Assembly: GCA_039811145.1 (NCBI GenBank)
Contig: JBDHYB010000005.1
Coordinates: 12,299 to 76,298, forward strand
Source of the DNA: Chitinophagales bacterium
GTDB lineage: Bacteria; Bacteroidota; Bacteroidia; Chitinophagales; LD1
Reading direction: 5' to 3'
DNA length: 64,000 nucleotides
In this document: positions 26,353 through 35,570 of the stretch, one piece after another
Position numbering within the stretch: the first letter of the stretch is position 1
Layout: every line of letters begins with the position of its first letter
Position numbers and translations under genes: made by a program
Notes under the pieces: model-generated
The model's database searches: none
What the model saw: only the letters and a program-made list of their open reading frames with translations
What the model was told of the DNA's origin: nothing

Positions 26353-27960
26353 TTAGCGCGCTACACTTACACTTCTCTTTTCGCGGATAACAGTAACTTT
26401 TACCTGCCCCGGGTAAACCATTTCTTTCTCAATCTTCTGCGAAATGGTGAATGATAACTCTTCACTCTTTTTGTCATCAACCTTATCGGCTTCAACAATT
26501 ACGCGCAACTCGCGGCCCGCCTGTATAGCATACGCCTTCTCTACACCTTCAAAGCCCTGTGCAAGCGCTTCAAGGTCTTTAATGCGCTGCAGGTAGCCTT
26601 CCATAATCTCGCGACGTGCACCCGGCCTTGCACCACTAATAGCGTCGCATGCCTGTACAATCGGAGAGATTACGTACTTCATTTCCATTTCATCGTGGTG
26701 AGCGCCAACCGCGTTAATTACGGCAGGGTGTTCGCCATACTTTTCGCAAAGCTTGGCACCAAGCAGGGCGTGGCTCAATTCACTTTCCTCATCAGGCACC
26801 TTGCCTATGTCGTGCAGTAGGCCGGCGCGTTTAGCCAGTTTAGGGTTAAGGCCAAGTTCAGCAGCCATAGTAGCGCAAAGGTTTGCTACCTCGCGGCTGT
26901 GTTGTAACAGGTTCTGGCCATAAGATGAGCGAAAACGCATACGGCCCACAAAACGAACCAACTCCTGGTGCATACCCTGTATGCCAAGGTCAATTACTGT
27001 GCGTTCGCCTATTTCTAAAATATGTTCTTCTAATTGTTTCTTGGTTTTAGCCACCACCTCTTCAATACGTGCAGGGTGTATACGGCCGTCGGTTACAAGG
27101 CGCTGTAAGCTAAGGCGCGCAATTTCGCGGCGTATTGGGTCATAACCCGAAATGATAATTGCCTCAGGGGTATCATCCACTACAAATTCGCAACCTGTAG
27201 CGGCTTCCAGTGCACGGATGTTACGTCCTTCGCGGCCGATGATCTGGCCCTTTTGTTCGTCACTGTCCAGGTTAAACACTGATACCGTGTTTTCAATGGC
27301 ATTTTCAGCCGCTGTACGCTGTATGCTTTGGATGATGATTTTCTTAGCCTCTTTGTTAGCCTTAGACTTAGCCTCGTCCATGGCAGTTTTCATGTAAGAG
27401 AGGGCCTCAGTTTCGGCTTCCTTCTTCATGCTTTCCACCAGTTCTTTTTTGGCATCTTCCTTTGTAAGGCCGCTTATCTGCTCCAGTTTACTAACAAATA
27501 TTTCGTGGCTTTTTTCCAACTGGTCTTTTTTGGTATTTACCAGTTCCAACTGCTTATGCAGGTTATCGCGCAGGCTGTCAATTTCCTTTTCTTTTTTAGA
27601 AATTTCGTTGTTGCGCTGGTTAACCTCGTTTTGCAACTGTTTTACCTGGTTTTCCTTTTCCTGTGCCTTTTTGGTGCGGTCTGCCGTCTCGGCCTCGTGC
27701 TTACTCTTTAGTTGCAGGAAATGCTCTTTGGCTTCCAGTTGTTTGTCTTTCTTAATTTGCTCGTTGGTGCGTTTGGCATCCTCTATCAGCTTATCGGCAG
27801 TGGCTTTGGCTTCGCTCAATTTTTTTTGAACTTCTTCCTCAGCCTGCTTTTCTATTTCCCGGTTACTTTTTTGGGTAATACTGCGGCCTACTAATAAACC
27901 AATAACAAGGGCAACAACAGCACACGCAACTGCAATGAATATCATGATTGTATTATCCAT
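26353..27960 (-). CDS. rny: ribonuclease Y
   Basis: N-terminal TM helix, a long Lys/Glu coiled coil, a KH domain ([11 protein letters not shown]) and an HD domain (LLHDIGK). Confidence 0.9.
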   Translation of the reverse strand: MDNTIMIFIAVACAVVALVIGLLVGRSITQKSNREIEKQAEEEVQKKLSEAKATADKLIEDAKRTNEQIKKDKQLEAKEHFLQLKSKHEAETADRTKKAQEKENQVKQLQNEVNQRNNEISKKEKEIDSLRDNLHKQLELVNTKKDQLEKSHEIFVSKLEQISGLTKEDAKKELVESMKKEAETEALSYMKTAMDEAKSKANKEAKKIIIQSIQRTAAENAIENTVSVFNLDSDEQKGQIIGREGRNIRALEAATGCEFVVDDTPEAIIISGYDPIRREIARLSLQRLVTDGRIHPARIEEVVAKTKKQLEEHILEIGERTVIDLGIQGMHQELVRFVGRMRFRSSYGQNLLQHSREVANLCATMAAELGLNPKLAKRAGLLHDIGKVPDEESELSHALLGAKLCEKYGEHPAVINAVGAHHDEMEMKYVISPIVQACDAISGARPGARREIMEGYLQRIKDLEALAQGFEGVEKAYAIQAGRELRVIVEADKVDDKKSEELSFTISQKIEKEMVYPGQVKVTVIREKRSVSVAR

Positions 27961-28107
27961 GTGGTTGTGTTGGGGTTTATGTGGTTGTTATGTTGATGTA
28001 AGGTTAAACTATAAGTTACTTAAAACAGTGCTTGGCGCCAAAAGGCTTAACACCACTTTAATGATGCATGACTAACAAATACTACGGGGATAGATAACGG
28101 GGAAGGT

Positions 28108-28416
28108 TTATTTCACAGTCGCTGAAAGGGTTTCTTCCAGGCGGTTTATCTTTTCTTCCAGCAAACGGTGTTCCTGTACATTAAGCGATTGCGCATTTAC
28201 ACTTTCTACAGCAAAATTCAGCAGGCACATTGAAAGGTAATCCTGTTTATCCTTGCCGTCGTACATTGCCTGGTATTGTTTTATCTTTTCGTTTACCAGT
28301 TGCACTGCATTCCGCACTTTTTCTTCATCGCCCTTAGCCACTTTAAGCGGGTAGAGCCTCTCTGCAATCATTACATTGATGTTAACCGTTTCCGTTTTTT
28401 CACCCATGCTAATCAT
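28108..28416 (-). CDS. zapA: cell division protein ZapA
   Basis: 102 aa. It has a ZapA-like N-terminus (VNINVMIAERLYPLKV) and a C-terminal coiled coil, and it sits immediately upstream of rny. Confidence 0.7.
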   Translation of the reverse strand: MISMGEKTETVNINVMIAERLYPLKVAKGDEEKVRNAVQLVNEKIKQYQAMYDGKDKQDYLSMCLLNFAVESVNAQSLNVQEHRLLEEKINRLEETLSATVK

Positions 28417-28720
28417 TCAACATCGCTATACAATTATCTATCTCTTTTATGTATTCGTTAATTTTTCGTTTAAGTTCAGTTACCTCAGCGTTTTCGCCGG
28501 TACCCGAACCTATATTCTGCGCTAACTTAACAATTTTAATTTTTTCGCTTAATTCTTCGCTCTTTTTAGCCTCCTCGGCCATTTTTTGCCTGTAATCAGC
28601 CAACTCAGCCTCCAATTCATTAACCCGCAAACGCAACCGTTGGTTATCCTCGGTTACCTTTTTTGCCTTATTAATCAACTGTTCTAGCCGGGCGGTAAGC
28701 TGCATAGGGCTAAAATACAA
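28409..28720 (-). CDS. small coiled-coil protein upstream of zapA
   Basis: 103 aa, heptad-rich, overlapping the zapA start by 8 nt. The true start may be Met6. Confidence 0.5.
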   Translation of the reverse strand: MYFSPMQLTARLEQLINKAKKVTEDNQRLRLRVNELEAELADYRQKMAEEAKKSEELSEKIKIVKLAQNIGSGTGENAEVTELKRKINEYIKEIDNCIAMLND

Positions 28721-28998
28721 AAATACGGCAGCACTAAACCGTGTTTAGCATTAGCCGTATATTAAAAAATAAGAGTTACGGTAAAGTTGGGCGGGCACCA
28801 GGTAGTATACTGCCTGTTAAGCCGGATGAATAAATGGTCTGAACATTAGGGGTGTTTTATCGCGGGAAGGCCTTTAGCCCTGACCCCACGTAAAGTCCGC
28901 CAAGCCAACCATGACGGTACCTTACAGGGGATGTAAAAACCTAAAACCTTCCTTCGGGAAACAAAGGATGGATATTGCCCTCAACCAAACTAATTATT

Positions 28999-29050
28999 GC
29001 GGTAAACAGGAATTTAAATGAGGCTAAACAGAACCGGTAGCGGTAAACAA
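28999..29050. promoter_or_regulatory. three direct repeats GGTAAACAG / GGCTAAACAG / GGTAAACAA at 20-21-bp spacing (LytTR-box-like architecture)
   Basis: Repeat starts are at 29001, 29022 and 29042, with spacers of 12 and 10 nt. They lie 25-75 nt downstream of the stop of the LytTR regulator gene, within a 354-nt intergenic region. Confidence 0.3.
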
Positions 29051-29074
29051 GCCAAATGTGCCCATAAATGATGC

Positions 29075-29764
29075 CTACTTCTTGAACAACTTAAAGAACT
29101 CCTCCTCGTAGCTGGTGCCTATTGGTATTTCTACGCCTGATAGTTGAATTACCTTGTTACGGATACTTTCTATTTTGCTTACCGGCACTATGAATGAGCG
29201 ATGAACGCGCATAAACTCGTTAGCGGGAAGCTTTTCGATAATGGCCTTCATGGTCATACGGGCCACAACGGGCTTTTTACCCGGCAGGTGAATTTTCAGA
29301 TAATCGTCCAGCCCCTCTATATAAAGTATCTCGGCTATGTTAACCTTTACCAGGCTGTAATCAGCCCTTATGAACAGGTAGCTCTGTGTATTCTCCTTCT
29401 GGTACTGGTAGTTGTAAAACTCCTTAGCCTTTTCCACCGCCTGTTGAAAGCGCTCAAAAGTGTAAGGCTTAAGCAGGTAATCAATAGCCTGCAGGTTAAA
29501 GCCCTCCACCGCATACTCGCTATAGGCGGTGGTAAAAATCACCATCGTATTCTGTTCAATCGCTTTATGAAACTCAAGTCCGGTCATTGAGGGCATTTGA
29601 ATGTCAAGGAAAATCAGGTCAACCGGAAACTTTTTCAAATGCGCTAAAGCCTCGGTAGGTTTATTGAAGGTTTTCACCAATTCAACAGAATCCACCTTAG
29701 CACAAAAATTTTCTATAACTTTTAGGGCAGGTGGCTCATCGTCCACCGCAATCGCTTTAATCAT
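29075..29764 (-). CDS. LytR/AlgR-family response regulator (receiver + LytTR DNA-binding domain)
   Basis: Receiver motifs (VDDEP, DLIFLDIQMP, KP) and a LytTR C-terminal domain (HRSFIV). Confidence 0.9.
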   Translation of the reverse strand: MIKAIAVDDEPPALKVIENFCAKVDSVELVKTFNKPTEALAHLKKFPVDLIFLDIQMPSMTGLEFHKAIEQNTMVIFTTAYSEYAVEGFNLQAIDYLLKPYTFERFQQAVEKAKEFYNYQYQKENTQSYLFIRADYSLVKVNIAEILYIEGLDDYLKIHLPGKKPVVARMTMKAIIEKLPANEFMRVHRSFIVPVSKIESIRNKVIQLSGVEIPIGTSYEEEFFKLFKK

Positions 29765-30780
29765 TACAATTTAATGATTAGTGAAACTAAGAAATCGCGC
29801 GGATTATCACTAATGGTAAGTACGTGCCTTCCGGGGTAAACCAACTCCAACCTTGCGCGAGTATTTTCAACCCCAAGTCCACCGCCATCAATGGGCTTAC
29901 GCACCTTTACTTTGTTATTAAACACTACCAGGTGTATCTGGCTGCCGTGTATATCAATCTGCACTTTTATTACGGAATCCTCCTCAGCATTTACACCGTA
30001 CTTAAAAGCATTTTCAATAAAGGCTATAAGCACCAGGGGGGCAATTTTCTTACCAGTGGGGTCGCCCGATACATTGTAGGAAACACTAACCGCCTCGCCT
30101 GCCCGCATGCGCTGCAGTTCAATATAATCGCTCAGGTAGCTAATCTCCTTTTCAAGAGGCACAAAATCTTTACCGGCTTCGGCCATTACATACCGCATCA
30201 TGCCCGATAACTTAACAATAGTAGGTGCCGTTTTTTCACTGTGGTCAATTGCCAAAGAGTAAATACTGTTTAGGGTATTGAACAAAAAGTGCGGGTTTAT
30301 CTGGGCTTTAAGGTAACTCAACTCAGCGTTCACTCTTTCGCGCTCCACCTTACGAAGGCGGCTGGTCATCTTCAGCATTATCGAAAACAGCACCACCACT
30401 AAAAACTGAAACAGGTGATGGTTCAAGCGAAACAAATCAAAGTTTCCGTGATGGTGTGGGGGTGCAGGAATAGGCCGGTCAGAAAAATCAGGTGCAGGCA
30501 CAGCACTTTCAACCAAAAAAACAATAGCTGCAAAGCACACCAGTTCTATTGCAACAAACAGCACATAACGCCTGGTAATAAGCAGCTTAGGAACAAGGAC
30601 GTAGAAGTTGAAATAGAAGAAGACAAGAAGCACCAGGTACCGTAAAAAATCCTGCTGAAAGCCGCGCACGTGCAACATATCAAGCGCCGTATCAAAATCG
30701 GGAGAAAAGAGTACAGGCACCGAAAGGAAGGCAAGCCCCCCCAACACATGGGTTAATATCTGCCGCGTTCGGCTGGTCAT
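29764..30780 (-). CDS. sensor histidine kinase (LytS/YehU-type His_kinase domain)
   Basis: Four N-terminal TM helices, the NPHFLFNTLNSI phosphoacceptor motif and an HATPase-like C-terminus. Its stop overlaps the regulator start (TAATG). Confidence 0.85.
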   Translation of the reverse strand: MTSRTRQILTHVLGGLAFLSVPVLFSPDFDTALDMLHVRGFQQDFLRYLVLLVFFYFNFYVLVPKLLITRRYVLFVAIELVCFAAIVFLVESAVPAPDFSDRPIPAPPHHHGNFDLFRLNHHLFQFLVVVLFSIMLKMTSRLRKVERERVNAELSYLKAQINPHFLFNTLNSIYSLAIDHSEKTAPTIVKLSGMMRYVMAEAGKDFVPLEKEISYLSDYIELQRMRAGEAVSVSYNVSGDPTGKKIAPLVLIAFIENAFKYGVNAEEDSVIKVQIDIHGSQIHLVVFNNKVKVRKPIDGGGLGVENTRARLELVYPGRHVLTISDNPRDFLVSLIIKL

Positions 30781-30877
30781 TTATTGGCTCCAAAAGTGAC
30801 TTACATAGCCCAATTTCGGAAATATATTGAGGTAAGATAACTGATTGTGTCGGAGTTAAAAGCCGATAATCAAAAGG

Positions 30878-32173
30878 TTACGATTTCGACAAGGTAATTT
30901 CTGTTACTTCAGGCAAAATACCTACCCTGCCGGGGTAAAACAAGAAACCAAAACCGCGGTTAACATATAGAAACTGTTTGCCTTCCTGGTAAAGGCCTGC
31001 CCATTGTTTGTATAAATATTCCGAAGGGCTCCACTTCAGCCATTTACTTTCTATACCAAATTGGGCGCCATGCGTATGGCCGCTAAGCATAAGGTCAATA
31101 TCTCCGTATTTAGGCCGCACCTCGCGGTCCCAATGCGATGGGTCGTGACTCATTAAAATTTTTACCGGAACATCTTCAGTGCCGTTTAAGGCAGCCGGCA
31201 TATCGCTGTAATCTTTAAACCTGCCGTTCTTACCCTCGCCATGCTTTCCGCTACCGGCATTTTCAATACCTATTATGGCAATCTTCTGCCCATCCCTTTC
31301 CAAAATCCGGTTTTCATTCAACATTAAATCCCAACCCATTTGAGCGTGCACGCCCTTAAACTTTTCAAAGTTAGCCTTCTTAGCTGCAGCAGTTTCCCAG
31401 GCAATATAATCGCCATAGTCGTGGTTGCCCGTTACTGAGAGCACCCCATGCTTAGCACGCAACTCCTTAAACACATCAATAAAACCATCCATCTCATCAG
31501 CTACGTTGTTCACCAAATCACCGGTAAACAATATCAGGTCGGCATTCTTTTCGTTTATCTGGCGTATAACCTCAACAATAGGTTCGCTGCGCGTAAAACT
31601 GCCGCTGTGTATGTCGGATAGTTGAATAATGCGGAAGCCCTCAAACGCATCGGGCAGGTTAGGTAGCGTTACTTTTACGCGGTGAAAGCGATAGTTATAG
31701 GCATTTACAAAAACGCCATACAACAAGGTGGCCGCCGGTATAGCGGCTACCGTTAAAGCCATACGGCTTAAAAACTGGCTACGTGTTATGCCGTTGTTTG
31801 CCTCTGCAACTGCCGGGGCGCTGCTTAATTTGTTTATACCGAACCTAAAGATGCGCGTAATATCCTCCGGCAATAAAAACAAGGAGATTATAAGCTTTGA
31901 AAAAACTACCACCACAAAAACGGTGGAGAAGTAAGCCGTTATGGACCGCGGCATTATTTTGAACAGGAATGGCCTGTAAAGAATAAACAGTAAAAGAAGC
32001 CCTGCTGAAAAGCCCCAGTAAAGCCAATTTACGGTACGTGGGTTCGTACTTCTGAAAGCCGATTTAATAGCCTGCCATCCGTAATATTCAATTAAAGCGT
32101 AAACGATAAAAAATATAACAATAACCATAAGCAGCTGTATAAGTAATAATAGTTTTCTCATTGCATAAAACAA
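30878..32173 (-). CDS. membrane-anchored metallophosphoesterase (calcineurin-like)
   Basis: N-terminal TM helices and DIHSG, GDLVNN, GNHDYG, GHTHG motifs. Confidence 0.8.
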   Translation of the reverse strand: MFYAMRKLLLLIQLLMVIVIFFIVYALIEYYGWQAIKSAFRSTNPRTVNWLYWGFSAGLLLLFILYRPFLFKIMPRSITAYFSTVFVVVVFSKLIISLFLLPEDITRIFRFGINKLSSAPAVAEANNGITRSQFLSRMALTVAAIPAATLLYGVFVNAYNYRFHRVKVTLPNLPDAFEGFRIIQLSDIHSGSFTRSEPIVEVIRQINEKNADLILFTGDLVNNVADEMDGFIDVFKELRAKHGVLSVTGNHDYGDYIAWETAAAKKANFEKFKGVHAQMGWDLMLNENRILERDGQKIAIIGIENAGSGKHGEGKNGRFKDYSDMPAALNGTEDVPVKILMSHDPSHWDREVRPKYGDIDLMLSGHTHGAQFGIESKWLKWSPSEYLYKQWAGLYQEGKQFLYVNRGFGFLFYPGRVGILPEVTEITLSKS

Positions 32174-32287
32174 GCCCGCTGCTACTTCCTAAATAAATCA
32201 AAATAGGGCTTGCAGGCTTCATTTTATCACGAACAAGTCAGCAAAATATTTGAATTTAGTTGCTAAATCCTAACCGAAAGAAAGACA

Positions 32288-33955
32288 ATGAGGTATTTGC
32301 TGTTAATATTAGTTACGATAAGCGTTGCAGGCCTTAAGGCTCAATCGCTGGTGGAGCAAAAAAAATCCTATACGCGGGCTGACTCCCTACGTGGTTCACT
32401 TAGCCCCGAGCGCAGTTGCTACGATGTGGTTTATTACGAACTGAACCTAAAAGTTGACACCTTAAACCGTGCTATTTCCGGAAGCAACAAAATCTACTTC
32501 CGCGTACTTAAAAATTTCAGAACCATGCAGGTAGATCTTTATGAGAATCTGCCTATTGTAAATATAACTTCCGGTGGTAAAGAACTACGCTACCGCCGCG
32601 AGTTTTGCGCGGTTTTTGTTGAAATGCCCGAAACAGTTGAAGAAGGCACCGAAGCCGAAATAACAGTTAACTACGGCGGTAAACCAACTATTGCCAAACG
32701 CCCACCATGGGACGGCGGATTTACCTGGAGCCACGATAAAAACGGCAATTTATGGGTTGGCGTTAGCTGCGAAGGAATGGGAGCCAGCCTTTGGTGGCCC
32801 AATAAAGACTATTTAGGTGATGAGCCGGACAGCATGCGCATAATATGCACCGTGCCCACCGGTATGAAGTGCATAGCAAATGGCAAAGAAGAAGGAGAAA
32901 CAGATAACAGCGATGGAACCACCACCTTTAAATGGTATGTAAGCTACCCAATTAATAACTACAACGTAACGCTTAACATAGGCGACTATGTACATTGGCA
33001 CGACACCTACACCGCCGCCGATAAAACGACGTTGGACCTGGACTACTACGTGCTATCTTATAATCTTGATAAAGCCAAAAAACAATTTGAGCAGGTGCAG
33101 CCTATGCTGCGTTGCTACGAAAAATACCTGGGCAAATATCCCTTTTGGAATGATGGCTACGCCCTGGTTGAAACCCCTTACTTAGGCATGGAGCATCAAG
33201 GGGCTATTGCTTATGGCAACCAATACAAAACGGGTTATGCAGGAATTGACTTTTCAAGAATAGGTTTGGATTTCGACTATATCATTATTCATGAAACAGG
33301 GCACGAATGGTGGGGTAACAGCGTAAGCTGTACGGACATAGCCGATATGTGGATACACGAAGGCTTCTGCACCTATACTGAAAGTATTTATGTGGAGTGT
33401 ATGTATGGCTACGAAACTGCTATGCGCTACATAAATGCCAAAAAGCCTTCAGTAACCAATAAGGGGGCCATGGTTGGCGTTTACGGTGTAAACGAAGAGG
33501 GGGATGGTGATATGTATAACAAGGGCATGCTGTTTTTAAATACCCTGCGCTACGTTTATAATGACGATGATAAATGGTGGGCTACCATTAAAGGAATGAG
33601 CGACACAGTATTTAAGATGAAGAACATCGGCTACCAGGAAGTGGTAGAATATTTCAGCTTTAAAGCCGGTAAAAACCTTTCACCGGTTTTTGAGCAGTAT
33701 CTTAAACATTCCGATATTCCTAAACTGGAGTACCGGCTTAAAAAGATAAAAGGCAAAGAATATGAGTTAAGTACCCGTTGGGTTACTGATGTAAGCAATT
33801 TCAATCTGCCGGTTTACATATCCACTACCGGTAAGCCATCCTACTCGCCCATAGGCGTTAGCAACAATTGGCTTAAAACCAACATTACACTTCAAAAGGA
33901 AAGCGACTTTAAGATTAATGAGGATTGGACCTACATGGAGGTAAAGAAGTTATAG
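32288..33955 (+). CDS. exported M1-family zinc metallopeptidase
   Basis: Signal peptide, HETGHEWWGN (HExxH) plus a downstream WIHEGF glutamate. Confidence 0.85.
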   Translation: MRYLLLILVTISVAGLKAQSLVEQKKSYTRADSLRGSLSPERSCYDVVYYELNLKVDTLNRAISGSNKIYFRVLKNFRTMQVDLYENLPIVNITSGGKELRYRREFCAVFVEMPETVEEGTEAEITVNYGGKPTIAKRPPWDGGFTWSHDKNGNLWVGVSCEGMGASLWWPNKDYLGDEPDSMRIICTVPTGMKCIANGKEEGETDNSDGTTTFKWYVSYPINNYNVTLNIGDYVHWHDTYTAADKTTLDLDYYVLSYNLDKAKKQFEQVQPMLRCYEKYLGKYPFWNDGYALVETPYLGMEHQGAIAYGNQYKTGYAGIDFSRIGLDFDYIIIHETGHEWWGNSVSCTDIADMWIHEGFCTYTESIYVECMYGYETAMRYINAKKPSVTNKGAMVGVYGVNEEGDGDMYNKGMLFLNTLRYVYNDDDKWWATIKGMSDTVFKMKNIGYQEVVEYFSFKAGKNLSPVFEQYLKHSDIPKLEYRLKKIKGKEYELSTRWVTDVSNFNLPVYISTTGKPSYSPIGVSNNWLKTNITLQKESDFKINEDWTYMEVKKL

Positions 33956-33978
33956 TGCTATACTAAACGCCGAAAAGA

Positions 33979-34377
33979 ATGAAAACGAAAAGCATCAAAA
34001 AAACAGTAAGCTTTAAGGCCACGCCTGCTGAATTATACGAACTGCTGATGAATGCTAAAAAGCATGCTGCTTTTACGGGTAGCAAAGTAAAAATGAGCAA
34101 CAAGCCCAATGGCAAGTTTGACGTATGGGACGGCTACTGCCATGGTTATAATATAGAGCTGGAGGAAGGCAAAAGAATTGTGCAGGCCTGGCATTTTGCT
34201 GAAGATGGATGGCCGGACGACCACTATAGCATCTGCACTTTTGAATTCAAAAAGGCGCCTACCGGAGCCAAATTGATTTTTACGCAAACGGGAATACCGG
34301 CGCACAAAGCAGCGGCCCTGGCAAGTGGTTGGAACGATTATTATTGGAGTTTAATGAAAGAATACCTTAAGCAATAG
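33979..34377 (+). CDS. SRPBCC (AHSA1/START-like) domain protein
   Basis: 132 aa with size and pattern typical of Aha1-like SRPBCC proteins (ELYELLMNAKKHAAFTG...). Confidence 0.6.
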   Translation: MKTKSIKKTVSFKATPAELYELLMNAKKHAAFTGSKVKMSNKPNGKFDVWDGYCHGYNIELEEGKRIVQAWHFAEDGWPDDHYSICTFEFKKAPTGAKLIFTQTGIPAHKAAALASGWNDYYWSLMKEYLKQ

Positions 34378-34379
34378 AA

Positions 34380-34796
34380 ATGGCCAGTCACGAGATAGAG
34401 CTGCAATGGTTATCGGCAGAAAGATTCAACATAAAACAAAACGGCAAAACCCTGCCTATTGATGGCAACAGCAATGAAGAACTAAGCCAGGGCTTTAAAC
34501 CAAAAGCGCTTATACTTTCCTCCCTGGCGGGTTGCACTGCTATTGATGTAGTAGAGATATTGAACAAAATGCGCGTATCGTTCACTGAATTCCGCATTAA
34601 AACCAGTGGCGATTTAACGGAGGATTACCCCAAGGTTTACCATACGGTTCACCTCACCTACATTATCCGCCTTAAGGACAGTGCCGATAAAGATAAAGTA
34701 GAAAGGGCTGTTGAACTATCGCAGGAAAAGTATTGCGGCGTAAGCGCTATGGTGCGCAAGTTTGCCCACCTGGAAATACACATTGAATACCTATAA
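34380..34796 (+). CDS. OsmC-family protein
   Basis: 138 aa. It has LAGCTAIDVVEIL and a second conserved Cys (KYCGVS), typical of the OsmC/Ohr fold. Confidence 0.7.
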   Translation: MASHEIELQWLSAERFNIKQNGKTLPIDGNSNEELSQGFKPKALILSSLAGCTAIDVVEILNKMRVSFTEFRIKTSGDLTEDYPKVYHTVHLTYIIRLKDSADKDKVERAVELSQEKYCGVSAMVRKFAHLEIHIEYL

Positions 34797-34871
34797 GCAG
34801 GCCCCATACCCTATTTAAAAGATTATCTCTTACTTTGGTGCGCTAATTAAACAAGCATCAAACTATAAAGC

Positions 34872-35498
34872 ATGGCTACAGGTCTACTACACGCCCACAA
34901 ACTTTTTGTCCTACTCTTCTTAATCCACTACGTTTTAAAGCTGCTGTTTTTACAGCTGAAAAAAGATGAGTTGCTGGAGAAATACACCAAGGCAACTAAG
35001 ATACCTGAAATGGTTATAAGCTTCGGCTTTTTGGCAACGGGCATTGCTATGCTGGTTATGTCTAAGTCCTTAGGGGTTTTAATGATTGTAAAAATCCTTT
35101 GCGTTTTAGCCGCCATTCCGTTAGCAGTTATAGGCTTTAAAAAGAAGAAAGGATTTTTGGCCCTTGCTTCCGTAGTGCTTATTGTTAGTGCTTATGGCCT
35201 TGCCGAAGTAAACCGTGCTAAAAAAGCAGGCGGCGCTGTTGACACGTCGTCAGTTAGCGGCGATAAAATTGCTGTAGGTAAAGAAGTTTACCACCATAGC
35301 TGCGAAAACTGCCACGGGGCTGATGGCAAACTAAATTCAATGGGCGCAAAAGACTTATCGCTTACCGTAAAAACACCTGATGAGCAAAAGAAACTTATCC
35401 GCGAAGGCAAAAACTTTATGCCGCCGCATAAGGACCTTACCGCTGAACAGGTTGATGCCGTTGTTGAATACGTTGCAACCTTTAAGCAGGCACAATAA
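34872..35498 (+). CDS. membrane-anchored c-type cytochrome
   Basis: Four predicted TM helices, then a C-terminal domain with the haem motif CENCHG and a downstream Met (FMPP). Confidence 0.65.
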   Translation: MATGLLHAHKLFVLLFLIHYVLKLLFLQLKKDELLEKYTKATKIPEMVISFGFLATGIAMLVMSKSLGVLMIVKILCVLAAIPLAVIGFKKKKGFLALASVVLIVSAYGLAEVNRAKKAGGAVDTSSVSGDKIAVGKEVYHHSCENCHGADGKLNSMGAKDLSLTVKTPDEQKKLIREGKNFMPPHKDLTAEQVDAVVEYVATFKQAQ

Positions 35499-35522
35499 AA
35501 TAACTTCAAACTATACATCAAT

Positions 35523-35551
35523 AAAAAACGCGCTCATTGAGCGCGTTTTTT
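35523..35551. terminator. bidirectional rho-independent terminator
   Basis: Perfect 10-bp stem AAACGCGCTC / GAGCGCGTTT with a 3-nt loop, flanked by an A-run and a T-run, between convergent genes. Confidence 0.8.
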
Positions 35552-35570
35552 ATTGCAGGCTTTTGCAAAA

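Noticed and set aside
27152-27894. Cluster of Leu/Phe/Ser-rich plus-strand ORFs (81-133 aa).
   Set aside because: They are the reverse complement of the Lys/Glu-rich coiled-coil region of rny. They are low-complexity antisense artefacts.
28721-29074. Possible RNase P, SRP, 6S or tmRNA gene in the long gap upstream of the zapA string (ssrS neighbours zapA in E. coli).
   Set aside because: Only loose word matches occur (GTAAAGTCCGCC, ACAGAACCGG, GGTCAGGG), with wrong order and spacing for RNase P or SRP. There is no tmRNA or tRNA-like end. I cannot support a specific RNA family without a covariance-model scan.
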